Assembly: GCA_010909165.1 (NCBI GenBank)
Contig: VJWM01000119.1
Location: forward strand, 62,001-126,000
Direction of reading: 5' to 3'
Length of the DNA stretch: 64,000 nt
Origin: Anthoceros angustus
Lineage: Eukaryota > Plantae > Anthocerotophyta
Shown: positions 12,937 through 25,845 of the stretch, piece after piece
Position numbering within the stretch: the stretch's first letter is position 1
Layout: the number at the start of each line of letters is the position of its first letter
The notes under the pieces: generated by a model
What the model was told of the DNA's origin: nothing
Seen by the model: only the letters and a program-made list of their open reading frames with translations
Database searches by the model: none
Translations under genes and position numbers: made by a program

Positions 12937-15292
12937 ATGCCATATAAAACCGGATCATCGCTGCTGGCGTTTTGCCTGTTGGCTGTTGCCGCATTTTCCC
13001 CAATCGACCCATCTCGCTTTTTCCCGTCCGGCTGATGCGCGGGCCCGCGACACCAGCGCTGGTTGGATGAACGACAGCGCCTGGCTCCAGGCTCTTCCGT
13101 GGGCAACAGCAGTATCCGGGCCATGGTGTTTGGCGATGTTTCGCTGGAAAGGTTGCAACTGAATGAAAATCGCTGTGGAGCGGGGTGCCGATGACAATGA
13201 CAATCCGAAGCGGTGCAGTCGCTGGCAGAAATCCGCCGGCTGCTGTTTGCCGGGAAATACGCCGCAGCTACCGAGCTCACCAATAAAACACAGGTGTGCA
13301 AAGGCGTTGGCTCAGGCCAGGGCAATGGCGCAACAGCACCCTGGCTGCTTCCAGACTTTGGGCGACCTGTGGCTCAACTTTGCCGACAAGCGCGGGTATA
13401 CGCAGTATTCACGCGGGCTCGACCTCGTGAATGGCATTGCGTTTACGAACTACACCCAGAACAAGATCAGGTACCAGCGCGAAGTGTTTTCCAGCTTTCC
13501 CGACCAGGCACTGGTGGTACGACTAACGGCCAATGCGAAGGCAGCGCTGAGCTTTTCGATCGCCATCGACCGCCCCGAGCGCTTCGCCACCACGGCATCG
13601 GCCGATAAACTGGTGATGAAGGGCGTACTGTCGAACGGCAGCAAGGCGGCGATGGCATGCAGTACGAAGTGCAGGTGGTGCCGGTGGTAACCGGCGGCAC
13701 ACTGAAACAAGTGGGCAAAACGCTGGTGATCAGCAAAGCAGATGCAGTTACCCCATCATCACGGCCGCCACCGACTATGAACTGAAATACCCTACTTATA
13801 AAACACCGCCTTCCGCGAAAAACTGTCCGCCGTTACACGCAAAGCGACCGCCACCCCGTATACGCAACTGCGCAGCCGGCACGTGCAGGACTTTTCGGAA
13901 AAATGAACCGCTCCTGGCTTCGGTTAGGCGACACCGGTAGTAACGATCCGATTTTGCCTTGTACTCCCTGTATTACCAATATGGCCGTTACCTGCTGCTG
14001 TCGTCATCCCGCGCGGGGTCATTGCCGCCAACCTGCAGAGCATGTGGACCAACAAGATCCAGACGCCTGGAACTGCGACTACCATACCGACATCAATGTA
14101 CAGATGAACTACTGGCCGGAGCTCACCAACCTGGCCGACTGCCAGCAGCCGCGACCGACCTGGTGCAAAGCCTGGTGGCGCCAGGCGCAAAAACAGCGCA
14201 GGTGCAATACCACATGAAGGGCTGGTGCGTGCATCCCATCACGAATGTGGTGGGGATACCGCGCGCCGGGCGAACACCGAGCTGGGGACTGCACGTAGGT
14301 GCGACCGGCTGGATGGCAAGACACTTATGGGAACATTATGCCTTCACCCAGAACAAAGATTACCTCGCCAAAGTATACCCGACGCTAAAGGCGCCTGTGA
14401 ATTTTATTTCGACTGGCTGGTGAAACACCCGGTCACCGGTAAGTGGGTGTCGGGCCCCGCGAGCTCGCCGAAAATGCTTTTGTTGCTCCCGATGGCAGCA
14501 CCGGTGGTGTGAGCATGGGCCCTTCGCACGACCAGGAAGTGATCCACGACCTGTTCCGTTTCACCAGTTCGGCAGCCGCGGCATTGTCGATCGACAGCAA
14601 CGACACCTTCGTACGACAATTGAAAAATACCGATGCCCACCTCGCCATGCCGGCCATCGGCAGCGACGGAAGGCTGATGGAATGGGCCGAACCCTTCCAG
14701 GAAGTAGAACCCAATCACCGCCACGTGTCTCACCTGTATGCATTGCATCCGGGCGATCAGATTGGCGTGAACAGCACGCCGGACCTGGCGCAGGCGGTGC
14801 GGAAATCGCTCGACGCCCGTGGCGACGACGGTACCGGCTGGTCGCTCGCCTGGAAAGTAAATTTCTGGGCGAGGCTGCACGATGGCGACCGCGCATTGAA
14901 ACTGCTGAAACGTTTGCTGCAGCCGGTGCAGGGTCTCGACGTACAGATGAACAACGCGGGTGGCACATATCCCAACCTGTTCTGCGCGCATCCGCCCTTC
15001 CAGATCGATGGCAATTTCGGGGCACCGCATTGCAGAAATGCTGTTGCAAAGCCACGAAGGGAGATTGAATTGTTGCCCGCGCTGCCGGCGAGTTGGTCGG
15101 CTGGCAAAGTGAAAGGTTGTGCGCGCGTGGTGGCTACGAGCTCGACATCGAATGGCTGGCGGTCGGTTGAAACAGGTGCAGGTTACCGCAAAAACAGGTG
15201 GGGAATGCCGGGTTCGCTACGGTAACAAAACGCTGGTGAAAAAAATGACTGCGGGACAGGTGTTACAAATTGAGCAGGAATTGATACGCTGA
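12937..15292 (+). CDS. GH95 alpha-L-fucosidase family glycoside hydrolase, frameshifted
   Basis: Motifs YYQYGRYLLLSSSR, WNCDYHTDINVQMNYWP, HRHVSHLYALHPG, TGWSLAWKVNFWARL and HPPFQIDGNFG. Confidence 0.92.
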
Positions 15293-15321
15293 TCGCCACG
15301 GTAAATGCGGAATTTTAGGGC

Positions 15322-16963
15322 ATGAGAAATGCCTTGATTCTTTTGCTGCTGGCAGGTTTATCCACTACCACTGTTGCTGCGCCTCGTCCCAATATCATTT
15401 TGATTCTTGCCGACGACCTCGGTTATTCCGACCTCGGCTGTTATGGCGGCGAAATCCAGACACCGAACCTCGACCAGCTGGCGGCTTCTGGCATCCGGTT
15501 TCGCCATTTTACAATACATCGCGTTGCTGCCCACGCGCGCAGCGTTGCTCACCGGCCTGTACAGCCAGCAGGCGGGTATCGGCCGCATGACCACCGACGA
15601 AAAGAACCGGGCTACCGGGGATACCTGACCGAAAATGCAGTAACACTCGCCGAAGTTTTGAAAACCGCGGGATATCAAACGGCGATGTCGGGCAATGGCA
15701 TGTGTCTAACACCATCGAACAACCGAAAGAAGCCCACCTGAAATGGCTGGCCCACCAGGCCGATTACGGTAACTTTTCGCCCATCGAACAATACCCGACC
15801 CACCGCGGGTTCGACAAATACTACGGTAACATATTCGGCGTGGTGGATTATTTCGATCCTTTCAGCCTCGTCAGCGGCGACAAAGCGGTTGCGAATGTGC
15901 CCGCCGGTTATTATCACACCGATGCCATCAACGATACGGCGGTGCAGTACATCAAAACCATGGGTGCCGCCGGCAAACCTTATTTCCTGTACGTGGCCCA
16001 CACCGCGCCGCACTGGCCTTTGCAGGCTTTGCCGGAAGACATCAAAAATATGAGAACACTTACAAGGTGGGATGGGATGCCATTCGCCTTGCGCGGTACC
16101 AGCGCATGGCCAAACTTGGCCTCATCGATACGGTGCGCACCAAATTGTCACCGCGCATCGATGCCGATCTCCTTTGGCAAAACAACCCCGATACCGTTTG
16201 GGATGCGCGTGCTATGGCGGTACACGCGGCGATGGTCGACCGGATGGACCAGGGCATCGGTCGGTTACTACAAGCACTCGATGAAAGTGGGGAGCGCGAC
16301 AACACACTCATCATCTTCCTGAGCGACAACGGCGCCAGTCCTGAAAATGCCGCCAACTACGGACCGGCTTTGACCGTCCCGAAACCCGCGACGGCCGCAA
16401 AATCATCTTTCCACCAAAAAATACTACCGGCGATCAAAACCAGTTTTGCTTCCATCGGCCACCGCTGGTCTAACGTGGTGAATACGCCCTACCGTTTCGC
16501 CAAGGCCCAGTCGTACGAAGGTGGTGTTCGCACACCGATGATCGCTTCATGGCCAAAGGCATTAAAACAAAGGCGGATACAGCGACTGGTTAGGTCATGT
16601 GATGGATTTTATGCCCACCTTCCTGGAATTGTCGGGTGCCAAATACCCTTCAGTGGTGAAAGGACAGGCGATCACGCCTTATTCCAAGTAGCCTGGTGAA
16701 TGCTTTCACGAATAAGAAAACGATAAGAAAAACGCCACTTTTCAACGAACACTTCAATGCGCGGAGTGTGCGCAACAACAATTGGAAACTGGTATCGCTG
16801 TCGGGCGACAGCACCTGGCACCTGTACCGGATCCACGACGATGAAACCGAGCTGCTCGACCTTGCTGGACAATATCCCGGTGGTGCGCCAACTGGCGGAA
16901 TGGCAGCAATGGGCCAATACCACGCCGTTTTCCCAAGCCCGGCAGATAGCTGGATACCGTTAG
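15322..16963 (+). CDS. arylsulfatase (S1 formylglycine-dependent sulfatase), frameshifted
   Basis: Motifs [26 protein letters not shown] (CxPxR), [22 protein letters not shown] and YEGGVRTP. Confidence 0.92.
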
Positions 16964-16992
16964 AATTTGGTAACTTGTGAAGGCCAAACACC

Positions 16993-17573
16993 ATGCTACC
17001 ACATACTTCCACACACGACGGGCATTCCTGCAATTGTCGGCAGCGCTGTCGGCACTGGCGATACCGCAATCGGTAAAAGCTGCCGCCGGACGGGTGCGCG
17101 ACTTTTGTTCCGCAAAACAAACCCTGCCGCTCACCATAAGCATCAACAAAAGCCATATACGGTTACAGCAGACACCCGGACCACGTTGCTCGATCTGCTT
17201 CGTGAAAACCTGGACCTGACCGGCACCAAAAAGGCTGTGACCACGGCCAGTGCAGCGCCTGCACCGTACACATCGACGGACAAAGAGTATTGAGTTGCCT
17301 CACGTTGTCGGCTTCGGCAGCAGGGAAGGAAGTGACCACCATCGAAGGACTAGGACGGTGACAAACTGCACCAATGCAGGAAGCTTTCATCACCTGCGAC
17401 GGATTCCAGTGTGGTTATTGTACACCCGGCCAGATCATGTCGGCCGTGGCTTGCGTCAAGAAGGACATACGCATTCGGTGGCCGAGATCAAGGAATTCAT
17501 GAGTGGCAATATCTGCCGTTGCGGCGCCTACAACGGCATCGTGGAATCCATTCAAAAAGTGGCTGCGTTATGA
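16993..17573 (+). CDS. 2Fe-2S subunit of xanthine dehydrogenase-family aldehyde oxidoreductase (PaoA/YagT-like) with Tat signal
   Basis: Twin-arginine signal TRRAFLQ. Motifs TTLLDLLRE, LTGTKK.CDHGQCSACTV, FQCGYCTPGQ and MSGNICRCGAY. Confidence 0.88.
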
Positions 17574-18533
17574 AACCATTCCAGTTCAGCAAGGCCGCCA
17601 GTTTTGGATGCTGCCTTAGCCAGCAAAACCAACCAGCAACAGTTTTGGGTGGGGAACCACTGGTTGACCTGATGAAAAACACATCGCCCAGCCGATGGCG
17701 TGATCGACATCAACGCCATGTTGCCCGCAAAATCACCAACGTTGCCAAAGGCATCAGCATCAGCGCCACGGTGAAAAACAGTGCTGTCGCCAACGATGAA
17801 ACGGTATTGAAACAATTTCCGCTCTTGTCGAAAGCGATACTCGCGGGTGCCTCACCGCAGATACGCAACATGGCCAGCACCGGCGGCAACCTGTTACAAC
17901 GCACGCGCTGCCCTTATTTCTACGACATTACTACCCCTTGCAATAAAAGACAACCCGGCGCAGGCTGCAGTGCTTTTGCCGGCAACAACCGCATGAACGC
18001 CATTGTCGGCTACAGCAAAGTGGCCGTGCATCCTTCGGATATGTGTGTGGCGTTGGCTGCGCTGGATGCCGTGGTGGTGACCAGGAATAAAAGAAAGAAA
18101 CAAAGTCGATTCCATTTGGCGATTTCCACCGGTTGCCGGGCAGCACCCGCAGCTCGACAACAACCTGCCGTCCGACGCAGTAATTGTGTCGATCGATATT
18201 CCATCCAATGCCTTCGCCGCGCACAGCGCGTATGTAAAATGCGTGACCGCGACTCTTATGCCTTTGCGCTGGTATCGGTGGCCGCAGCATTACAGTTGAA
18301 TGGCAATACCATTGTAGCTGCGCGACTGGCATCGGGCGGGGGTGGCGCACAAACCCTGGCGCTGGCGAAGCCGAAACCTGGCTGAAGGCAAAACCGCCAA
18401 CGCCGACAATTTTGCAAAAGCGGCAGCCATCGCCATAGCCGGATTAAAGCCTTTGTCGCACAACGGCTTCAAAGTGCCGATGCTGGCCGGAGCCATCGAA
18501 ACCGCCTTGCAGCAATGCATTCAAACCACTTAA
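17570..18533 (+). CDS. FAD-binding subunit (PaoB/YagS-like), frameshifted
   Basis: Motifs AGASPQIRNMASTGGNLLQRTRCPYF, CNKRQPGAGC, HPSDMCVAL, RDRDSYAFALVSVA and NGFKVPM. Confidence 0.9.
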
Positions 18534-18542
18534 AACAAGGGT

Positions 18543-20718
18543 ATGGCATTTTTGACGACGACTACGATGATTTGCCCGAGGGGGTAGAAGCCCTCGCCAA
18601 AGTGACCGGCAAAGGCAAATATGCTGCGGAATACGCCGCCAATGGGATGGTGCACGCCGTGCTGGTGGGCAGTACCATCGCATCAGGAAGATCACCGCGA
18701 TCAACACCGACGGCGCCAGGCAGGTAAAGGGACTGATCGATATCATCACCCACCTGAATAAACCGCAAGTACCGGGACTGGCCACCGAAGAAAAGCAAAG
18801 GAAACCCGTTTCGGTTTGCCGGTTTTTCATACGGATACCATTTTTTCAAGGGTCAACCCATCGCGCTCGTTGTTGCCGAAACATTGGAAGATGCGATGTA
18901 TGCCGCTTCACTGGTGACAGCGACCTACAGCAAAACGGCATTCGAAGTCGACTTCGACAAAGCCGCCAGCCAGGTGCCGCTGAAGGCCGATGGCAAGGAA
19001 AAGCGAAGCAGCACTGGTCGGGTGCCGCCCACCAGGTCGACAATATCTACAGCATCAAAGCGGAAGTGCATAACCCGATGGAGATGCATGCCACGATCGC
19101 CGAATGGACGGCGGCCGACCGGTTGAAACTGTACGACAAAAACCAGGGCGTAAACAATGTGCAGCGCAGCATGTCGGGCTCTTTGGTATTCCTGCCAAAA
19201 ACGTTGAAGTGATCAGTGAATTCGTAGGCGGTGGCTTCGGCTCCGGCCTGCGCGTTTGGCCACCCTCGCCGCCGTCATGGCCGCGAAACAGGTGAAACGC
19301 CCGGTGAAACTCATGCTCACCCGCCCGCAGATGTTTTATTCGGTAGGGTATCGACCCGCGGCCTGGCAGCGCCTGAAAATCGGTGCCGATGCCGATGGAA
19401 AATTCACCGGCATCGTTCACCAGGCGCGCAACAACAGTTCGCTGTACGAAAATTTCAGTGAAGGCATCACGCGCATCACGCGGCTGATCTATCATTTCCC
19501 CAACCTGAAAACGGAATCGGCCATCGTGCCGCTGAACCTCAGCTCACCCACCTGGATGCGTGGCCCCGGCGAATGCACGGGCGATTTCGCCATTGAATCG
19601 GCGATCGATGAACTGAGCTACCAATTGAAGATGGATCCGGTGGAGGTAAGGTTGAAAAACCTGGCGCTCGACAAACATCCGAATCTGGATTGCCCTGGGT
19701 ACCAATTATGTAGACGAGTGCGTAAAAGGTGCAGAGATGATCGGCTGGTCGGCCCGTGCCGCAACGCCCGCCGCAACCGTTGAGGGCGATTGGCAAACCG
19801 GCTATGGCATGGCCGTTGGCATGTGGAGCGCGGGCAGGGGCAATGCCAGTGCGGGTTTAACGCTTACGCGCGATGGCATACTCACCCTGAAAACAGCGAT
19901 GACCGATATCGGGACGGGTACCGGTACGGGTATACAGAACATGGCGGCCGAAACAACGGGAATGCCCAAGTCGAACATCAAGGTGGAATTGGGCAATTCA
20001 GACCTGCCACCGGCGCCCAGCCAGGAGGCAGTACGGGATTGTCGACCATCAGCGGACCTGTAGTCGGCGTTTGCGTGGACCTGATGAAAAACTGGGTGAA
20101 TACGCGGCGGCCATCGATCCTGCATTCGCGAATGCAGCTACGCCATCATTACAACTTACACCTGTGGAGTAGTGCACAGCAACGGGAAATCCGTTTCGCT
20201 GGCAGACATCTGGACCAAAAACAACCTTACGCAGATCGAACTGGAAGCCACTTCTGGACCAGGTGAGGAAAGAAAAATTCGCTTTCTGTACTTCGGCTGT
20301 GCATTACTGTAAGCTGCGCGTGAACCGCAAAACGGGTAAGGTCAAAATAGACAAAATGGTATCGGTAGCCGACGGTGGCAAGATCGTGAACGAGCAGGCC
20401 GCAGCCAACCAGATGTCGGGTGCCGCGGTAGGTGGCATCGGCATGGCCCTTACCGAAGAACAACTGGTGGATCCGGCGTTGGGCAGCCTCGTGGGTCATG
20501 ATTTCGCAGGGTACCATGTGGCCGTCAATGCCGACGCCCCAATCATACAGGTGGGCTTCATCAACAAACCCGATGTCAATATCAACCCGTCGGGTGCCAA
20601 AGGCTTGGCGAGGTGGGTATCATTGGAACAGCGGCTGCCATTGCGAATGCCATCTACCACGCCACGGGAAAAGAATCAGGGAACTTCCGATCACCCCGAC
20701 AAGATACTGCTCGCTTAA
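18543..20718 (+). CDS. molybdopterin-binding subunit (PaoC/YagR-like), frameshifted
   Basis: Motifs AKVTGKGKYAAEY, HNPMEMHAT, FVGGGFGSG, WMRGPGE, TDIGTGTGT and NPSGAKGL. Confidence 0.9.
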
Positions 20719-20725
20719 TTGCGGG

Positions 20726-21787
20726 TCAGCACCGAACCGTCTTCCTGCTGCACCCCGTTGAGGTAAAGGGTTTGGGTAGGGTAGGCGAACTCGATGCCCA
20801 GTTGCTGGAATTTGTCAAACAACTGGAGACAGATGCGCTGGTGCGTATCCATGTACAGCACATAATCTGCCGTGGTGATGAAATACACGATCTCGAAATT
20901 GATGGCGAATTCGCCGAACGATTTGAAGTGCGCGCGGTCGAATTGCGCCTTTTCTTCTTTGTCGATGATTTAACCATGTCGGGAATGCGACGCAGCAAAT
21001 CGGATGCTGTAGTGTACACCACGCCGATGCTGAACAACACGCGGCGTTTCTCCAGCCGTTTGAAATTCTGGATCACGTCTTTCACCATTTCCGTATTGGG
21101 CATTACCAGTTGCTGCCCGTCAGGACTGCGTAAGTGAGAAGTTTTGATGCCGATCTTTTCCACCACACCACTGTGGTTTTGGTGGAGATGAAATCGCCGA
21201 TCTCGAAAGGCTTGTCGAAGAAGATGACGATATAACTGAACAGGTCGGCCAGAATATTTTGTGCGGCCAGGGCAATGGCGATACCACCCACCCCAGACCG
21301 GCGATGATGGTGGTAACATTGTAGCCCAGGTTGTCGATCAGCATCACGATGCCCGCACACCAGATCAGGGCCTTCACCACCAACAGCATGCCCTGCACCT
21401 GTTTGATGCGTTGTTCGGGTTCATTGCGGGCTTTCAGTGCACCGGTAACCAGGTGCTGTATGCAGAAGATGACGAGCCGAACAGCGATATAGGTGGTCAC
21501 CAATGCGCCACCGATAATACCTGCTCCAGTTTAGGGATAAAAGTCAGCTGCTTGATGATGCGCAGGTTGACTACCAGGTACACATAGGGAATAATGTATT
21601 TGTCGGCCGCCTCAACAATAAGGTCGTCAAATTTGGAGTCGGTTTTCGCCGTGATTTTAGTCATCACACCGATCAGCCAACGCCTGGTCGTACGCCACAA
21701 TATCCAGGTCAGCAACATGCCACCCACTACCAGTAAATAACTCAATACGGTGTTGCCCACCAGATTTGATTCAATGTTTTCTTTCAT
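20726..21787 (-). CDS. small-conductance mechanosensitive channel (MscS family), frameshifted
   Basis: Motifs GVGGIAIALAAQNILADLFSY, DKPFEIGDFI, VEKIGIKTSHLRS and IQNFKRLEKRRVLFSIGVVY. Confidence 0.92.
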
Positions 21788-21910
21788 GTTATTGTTTTCG
21801 GATCCTGCGCTTGCACAAATTGTGTTGTAAAAAGATCACCGTCTTCCGATAAAAGTTTTGAATGTACCGCAAATAGTGAACCATGGTCATTTGTGCTCGG
21901 TGAAAAGTTG

Positions 21911-21918
21911 TATATTTG
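21911..21918 (+). promoter_or_regulatory. candidate Bacteroidota sigma-A -7 element (TAnnTTTG)
   Basis: TATATTTG lies ~130 bp upstream of the SPS start in the divergent intergenic region. It is also present in the duplicate at ~33,714. Confidence 0.45.
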
Positions 21919-22045
21919 CGACGTAGAAAACGGCTTGTGGAATTCTTTGTACAAATCCACATTACTTCAAAGCTGCCCTTTCCCTTTTATGTGCCGCATT
22001 TATTGCCTGCAACAACAGTGGCACAGTCATTTAAATTAATCTGGA

Positions 22046-24189
22046 ATGAAAGGTTTATACATACAATTATTCAGTCCGCATGGCCTTATCCGGTACGACA
22101 ACCCGGAGATCGGTCGCGACAAAGACACCGGCGGGCAAGTGAAATATGTGCTCGAAATGCTGGAAGCCATCGGCGGCATCCTGATGTGCGTAAAGTGGAT
22201 TTGTTTACCCGGAAAATAAACGACAAAAGGGTTTCTGCCTATAACCAGGTAACGGAAAAAGTGGGCGAAAGGCGAGGATTGTGCGCATCGCCTGTGGCGG
22301 TGGCCAGTATCGGGCGAAAGAGTCTTTGTGGGATCACCTGGATGAATTTGTCGACAATACCATTCGTTTTATTGAAAATGAAAATGAATTTCCCGATGTG
22401 GTACATGGGCACTATGCCGATGGCAATTACCTCGCGTCGCAAATCAGCGAAATGTATGGCGTACCTTTTCTGTCGACCGGTCACTCTTGGCTGGAACAAA
22501 GGCCATCCTGCTGTCGCAGGGCATGACCGAAGAAAGATTGAAGAGAAATTCAACATGAAGCGACGCATCGAAGAAGAGGAAAGTTTTCTTCAACATACCG
22601 ATGCCATGGTGGTGAGCACGCACATCATCAACACCACAAGTTGTACGACAATTACGAGCCGGGAAAATTTCACGTGATTCCGCCGGGCGTCAACAACGAC
22701 CTGTTTTATCCCTTTTACCGGTTCGATATGCCTTCTTTCAAGATGGGCATCGAACAGGAACAGACGGTGTACCGCATTCAGGCGGATATAGACCGTTTCC
22801 TGTTCCAGCCGAACAAACCGTTGATACTATCGATTGGCCGCGCCGATAAGCGTAAGAATTTTGAGACCATCATACAGTGTTTCGGCCAGGACAAAGAATT
22901 GCAGTCGATGGCCAATCTCGCCATCTTCGCCGGTGTACGGAAAGACATTACACAGATGCCCGAAGACGAACAGGAGATCCTCACCAACCTGTTGCTGCTG
23001 ATGGACAAATACGATCTCTATGGCAAGATGGCTATTCCCAAAAGAATGATCCGACCCTTGAAGTGCCGGAGATTTACCGCCTTGCCGCGCGCAAGAAGGG
23101 TGTTTTTGTGAATGCCACTCCCGGGGAGAATTTTGGATTGACCATTTAGAAGCCGCTGCCTGTGGATTGCCGGTGATTGCGTCTCCAACAGGCGGCCCCA
23201 AAGAGATTTTGGAAAACTGTGAAAATGGACTGCTGGTAGATGTGGAAGACCCGAAAGCGATTGCCGATGCGCTGAAAAGATCATTTCTGATCACCATACC
23301 TGGGACAATTGTTCTGCCAATGGCATCCGCGGTGCAGACCAGCGGTACTCCTGGACCACTTTTACCGAAAAGTACATCGCATTGATTGAAGAGATCCGTG
23401 CACGCAAGCAGAAAGACAGTGCCAGCTTGCGCCGCAAGACGGCCTATGCGAAAAAGCTGACCCGCGCCAAACAGTTTTTATCACCGACCTGGATGGCACC
23501 CTGGTAGATGGCAACAAACCGATGGACTGGAAGAATTGAAAGCCTGGATCCAGCAGCACCGCGAAGACGTGGTATTTGGCGTAGCCAGCGGGCGCAACCG
23601 CGAGCTGACGGAAAACGCTTTCAGTACTTATGGCTTGCCGGAACCGGATATCCTGATTTGCTCTGCGGGCTCAGAGATTTATTATACCAGCCAGATGATC
23701 CCCGACAATGGTTGGGAGCGGCATCGATCACCATTGGAAAGAGATGAACTGGAGCGTGAGCTGCTGCGCTTCCCGGGCATACGCCTGCAGGAAGCCGATG
23801 CGCAATGGCCGTACAAAGTGAGTTTTATGCCGACGACGGACTGAACGACGACCAGATGGCTGACCTGCACAAGTTCCTTGACGATAAACGGTTGCGTGCG
23901 CGGTACTGCTGAAAACAAATACCTCGATATTCTTCCTTTCCGTGCCAGTAAGGAAATGCCGTGCGATACCTCGGCAACAAATGGAAAATGCCGCTGGAAA
24001 ACATCATTACTGCCGGCAACAGCGGTAACGACAAAGACATGCTCATGGGTAAAACCAAGGGCATTGTGGTGGCCAATTACAGTGCGGAACTGGAAGACCT
24101 CAAAAACAAAGCTGGTGTATTTCGCCAAGCAGGACCTGAGTTCAGGTGTGCTGGAAGGCATTGAGTTTACAACAATTAAGGGCATATAA
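22046..24189 (+). CDS. sucrose-phosphate synthase-like GT4 fused to HAD-IIB (SPP-like) phosphatase, frameshifted
   Basis: GT part: [49 protein letters not shown] and GENFGLT. HAD part: [22 protein letters not shown] and GNSGND. Confidence 0.88.
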
Positions 24190-24227
24190 TTCAGTACATT
24201 CATGGGCGCCCAAAAGCGCCCATTTTT

Positions 24228-25098
24228 ATGGACAACATCAAAGGGAAGACGTTAAACAGGAAGTGTTCGACCTCTACGACGATTATGCCCAGCCGGATCG
24301 ATCGCCGCGACTTCGTGCAAAAGTTATCGGTATATGCTATTGGCGGCCTCACCGTAAACGGACTGCTTACCTTCCTGATGCCCGATTACGCAGGAACGCT
24401 GCAGGTGAAGCCGATGATCCGCGGCTCGACAGTAAAATGATTACCTATTCGTCGCCAAAGGGCGGGGAGAGATCAAGTGGTTGTTGTCGATGCCCGCTGG
24501 CAATACAAAGCCGCTGGGCGGAATTGTGGTGGTGCACGAGAACCGCGGATTGAATCCGTATATCGAAGATGTGGGTCGCCGTGCGGCACTGGCGGATTTA
24601 TCTCACTGGCACCCGATGCGCTGACGCCGTTGGGCGGATATCCCGGCAGCGACGACAAGGGTCGCGAAATGCAGAGCGCGACCGGAATGAGATGCTGGAA
24701 GATTTCATCGCGGCATTTGAGTACCTGAAGAAAGACAAACACTGCAATGGGAAAGTGGGTGTAGTGGGTTTTGTTTTGGCGGATGGATCGCCAATATGAT
24801 GGCAGTTCGTGTGCCGGATCTGGCCGCCGCGGTACCTTTTATGGTGGGCAGCCGGCGAAGAGGATGTGGCGAAAATCAATGCGCCATTGTTGATTCATTA
24901 TGGGGAGCTGGATACACGGGTGAATGAAGGCTGGCCGGCGTACGAGGCGGCATTGAAAGAGAACAAGAAAGCGTATACGGAATATCCATGGGGTGCGAAT
25001 CATGGTTTTCATAACGACAGCACGCCCCGATACGACAAGGCGGCTGCGGAGCTGGCCTGGAGCAGAACGATTGAATTTTTAAATCAAAACTGGGTTAG
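24228..25098 (+). CDS. dienelactone hydrolase family (YghX-like), frameshifted
   Basis: Motifs [42 protein letters not shown] and [24 protein letters not shown]. Confidence 0.9.
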
Positions 25099-25256
25099 TG
25101 GCTGTATTTTTGCGGATTTGTTTATGGCTGTTGTTGCCGGTTGCCGGGTATTGCCAGGTTGATTCCAATGCTATGTTCAAATTGAAAAAGGAAATTTGTT
25201 GCATCCTTTGGAAAATTGCAGCGGAGTGAGCTATCATGGCAAGGACACCACGCTAT

Positions 25257-25559
25257 TCACAAACATTGTTTGTCAACCTGGTGGGGTAACTCTTTACGGT
25301 GATTCTGCTGGTCCAGTAAAAGTATTTGTGAGGGTAGGTGGTGGCCTTGATCAACATCGGCGAGAATAAAGGCCTTATCACCAGGTATGGCGATTTCTTC
25401 GTCACCTATTATCCCTTGCAAGCAATACCATGCAGTAAGGAGATTGGATACGGGCAGGGGATTTTTGGGGTGCTTTGCAGGAACGCCTGGGAGGAGTTTG
25501 GTGTTGAGGTATACATTTCCCAAAAATAGAACGACTGGATGATATGGAAAATGGTTCAT
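25257..25559 (-). CDS. hypothetical protein
   Basis: Uninterrupted 100-aa ATG ORF co-oriented with the NERD gene. No recognisable motif. Confidence 0.3.
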   Translation of the reverse strand: MNHFPYHPVVLFLGNVYLNTKLLPGVPAKHPKNPLPVSNLLTAWYCLQGIIGDEEIAIPGDKAFILADVDQGHHLPSQILLLDQQNHRKELPHQVDKQCL

Positions 25560-25845
25560 TGATTACCCGCATTTGGGGTTAAATCACCATAACGCTTCCG
25601 TAGAAATACTGATGCGCGAAAACACCACTTGAAAATAGATTCGCAGCATGGAAAGTGTGTTGCAATACATCCGGGAAACAAGTGTTTGACCTGGAGGCCT
25701 TGAAAATATTGTTGGTATCCAGAAAGGAAAACTCCGGCTGGCAGTGGCAAGTGATCAGTTTGTCTGAGGTGGAGCTGGCGCGGCTCGATAAGTTTCTGCG
25801 GGCGATCGGCCTCGATACGGCTAACTTGCACTGAACAGAAACCTT

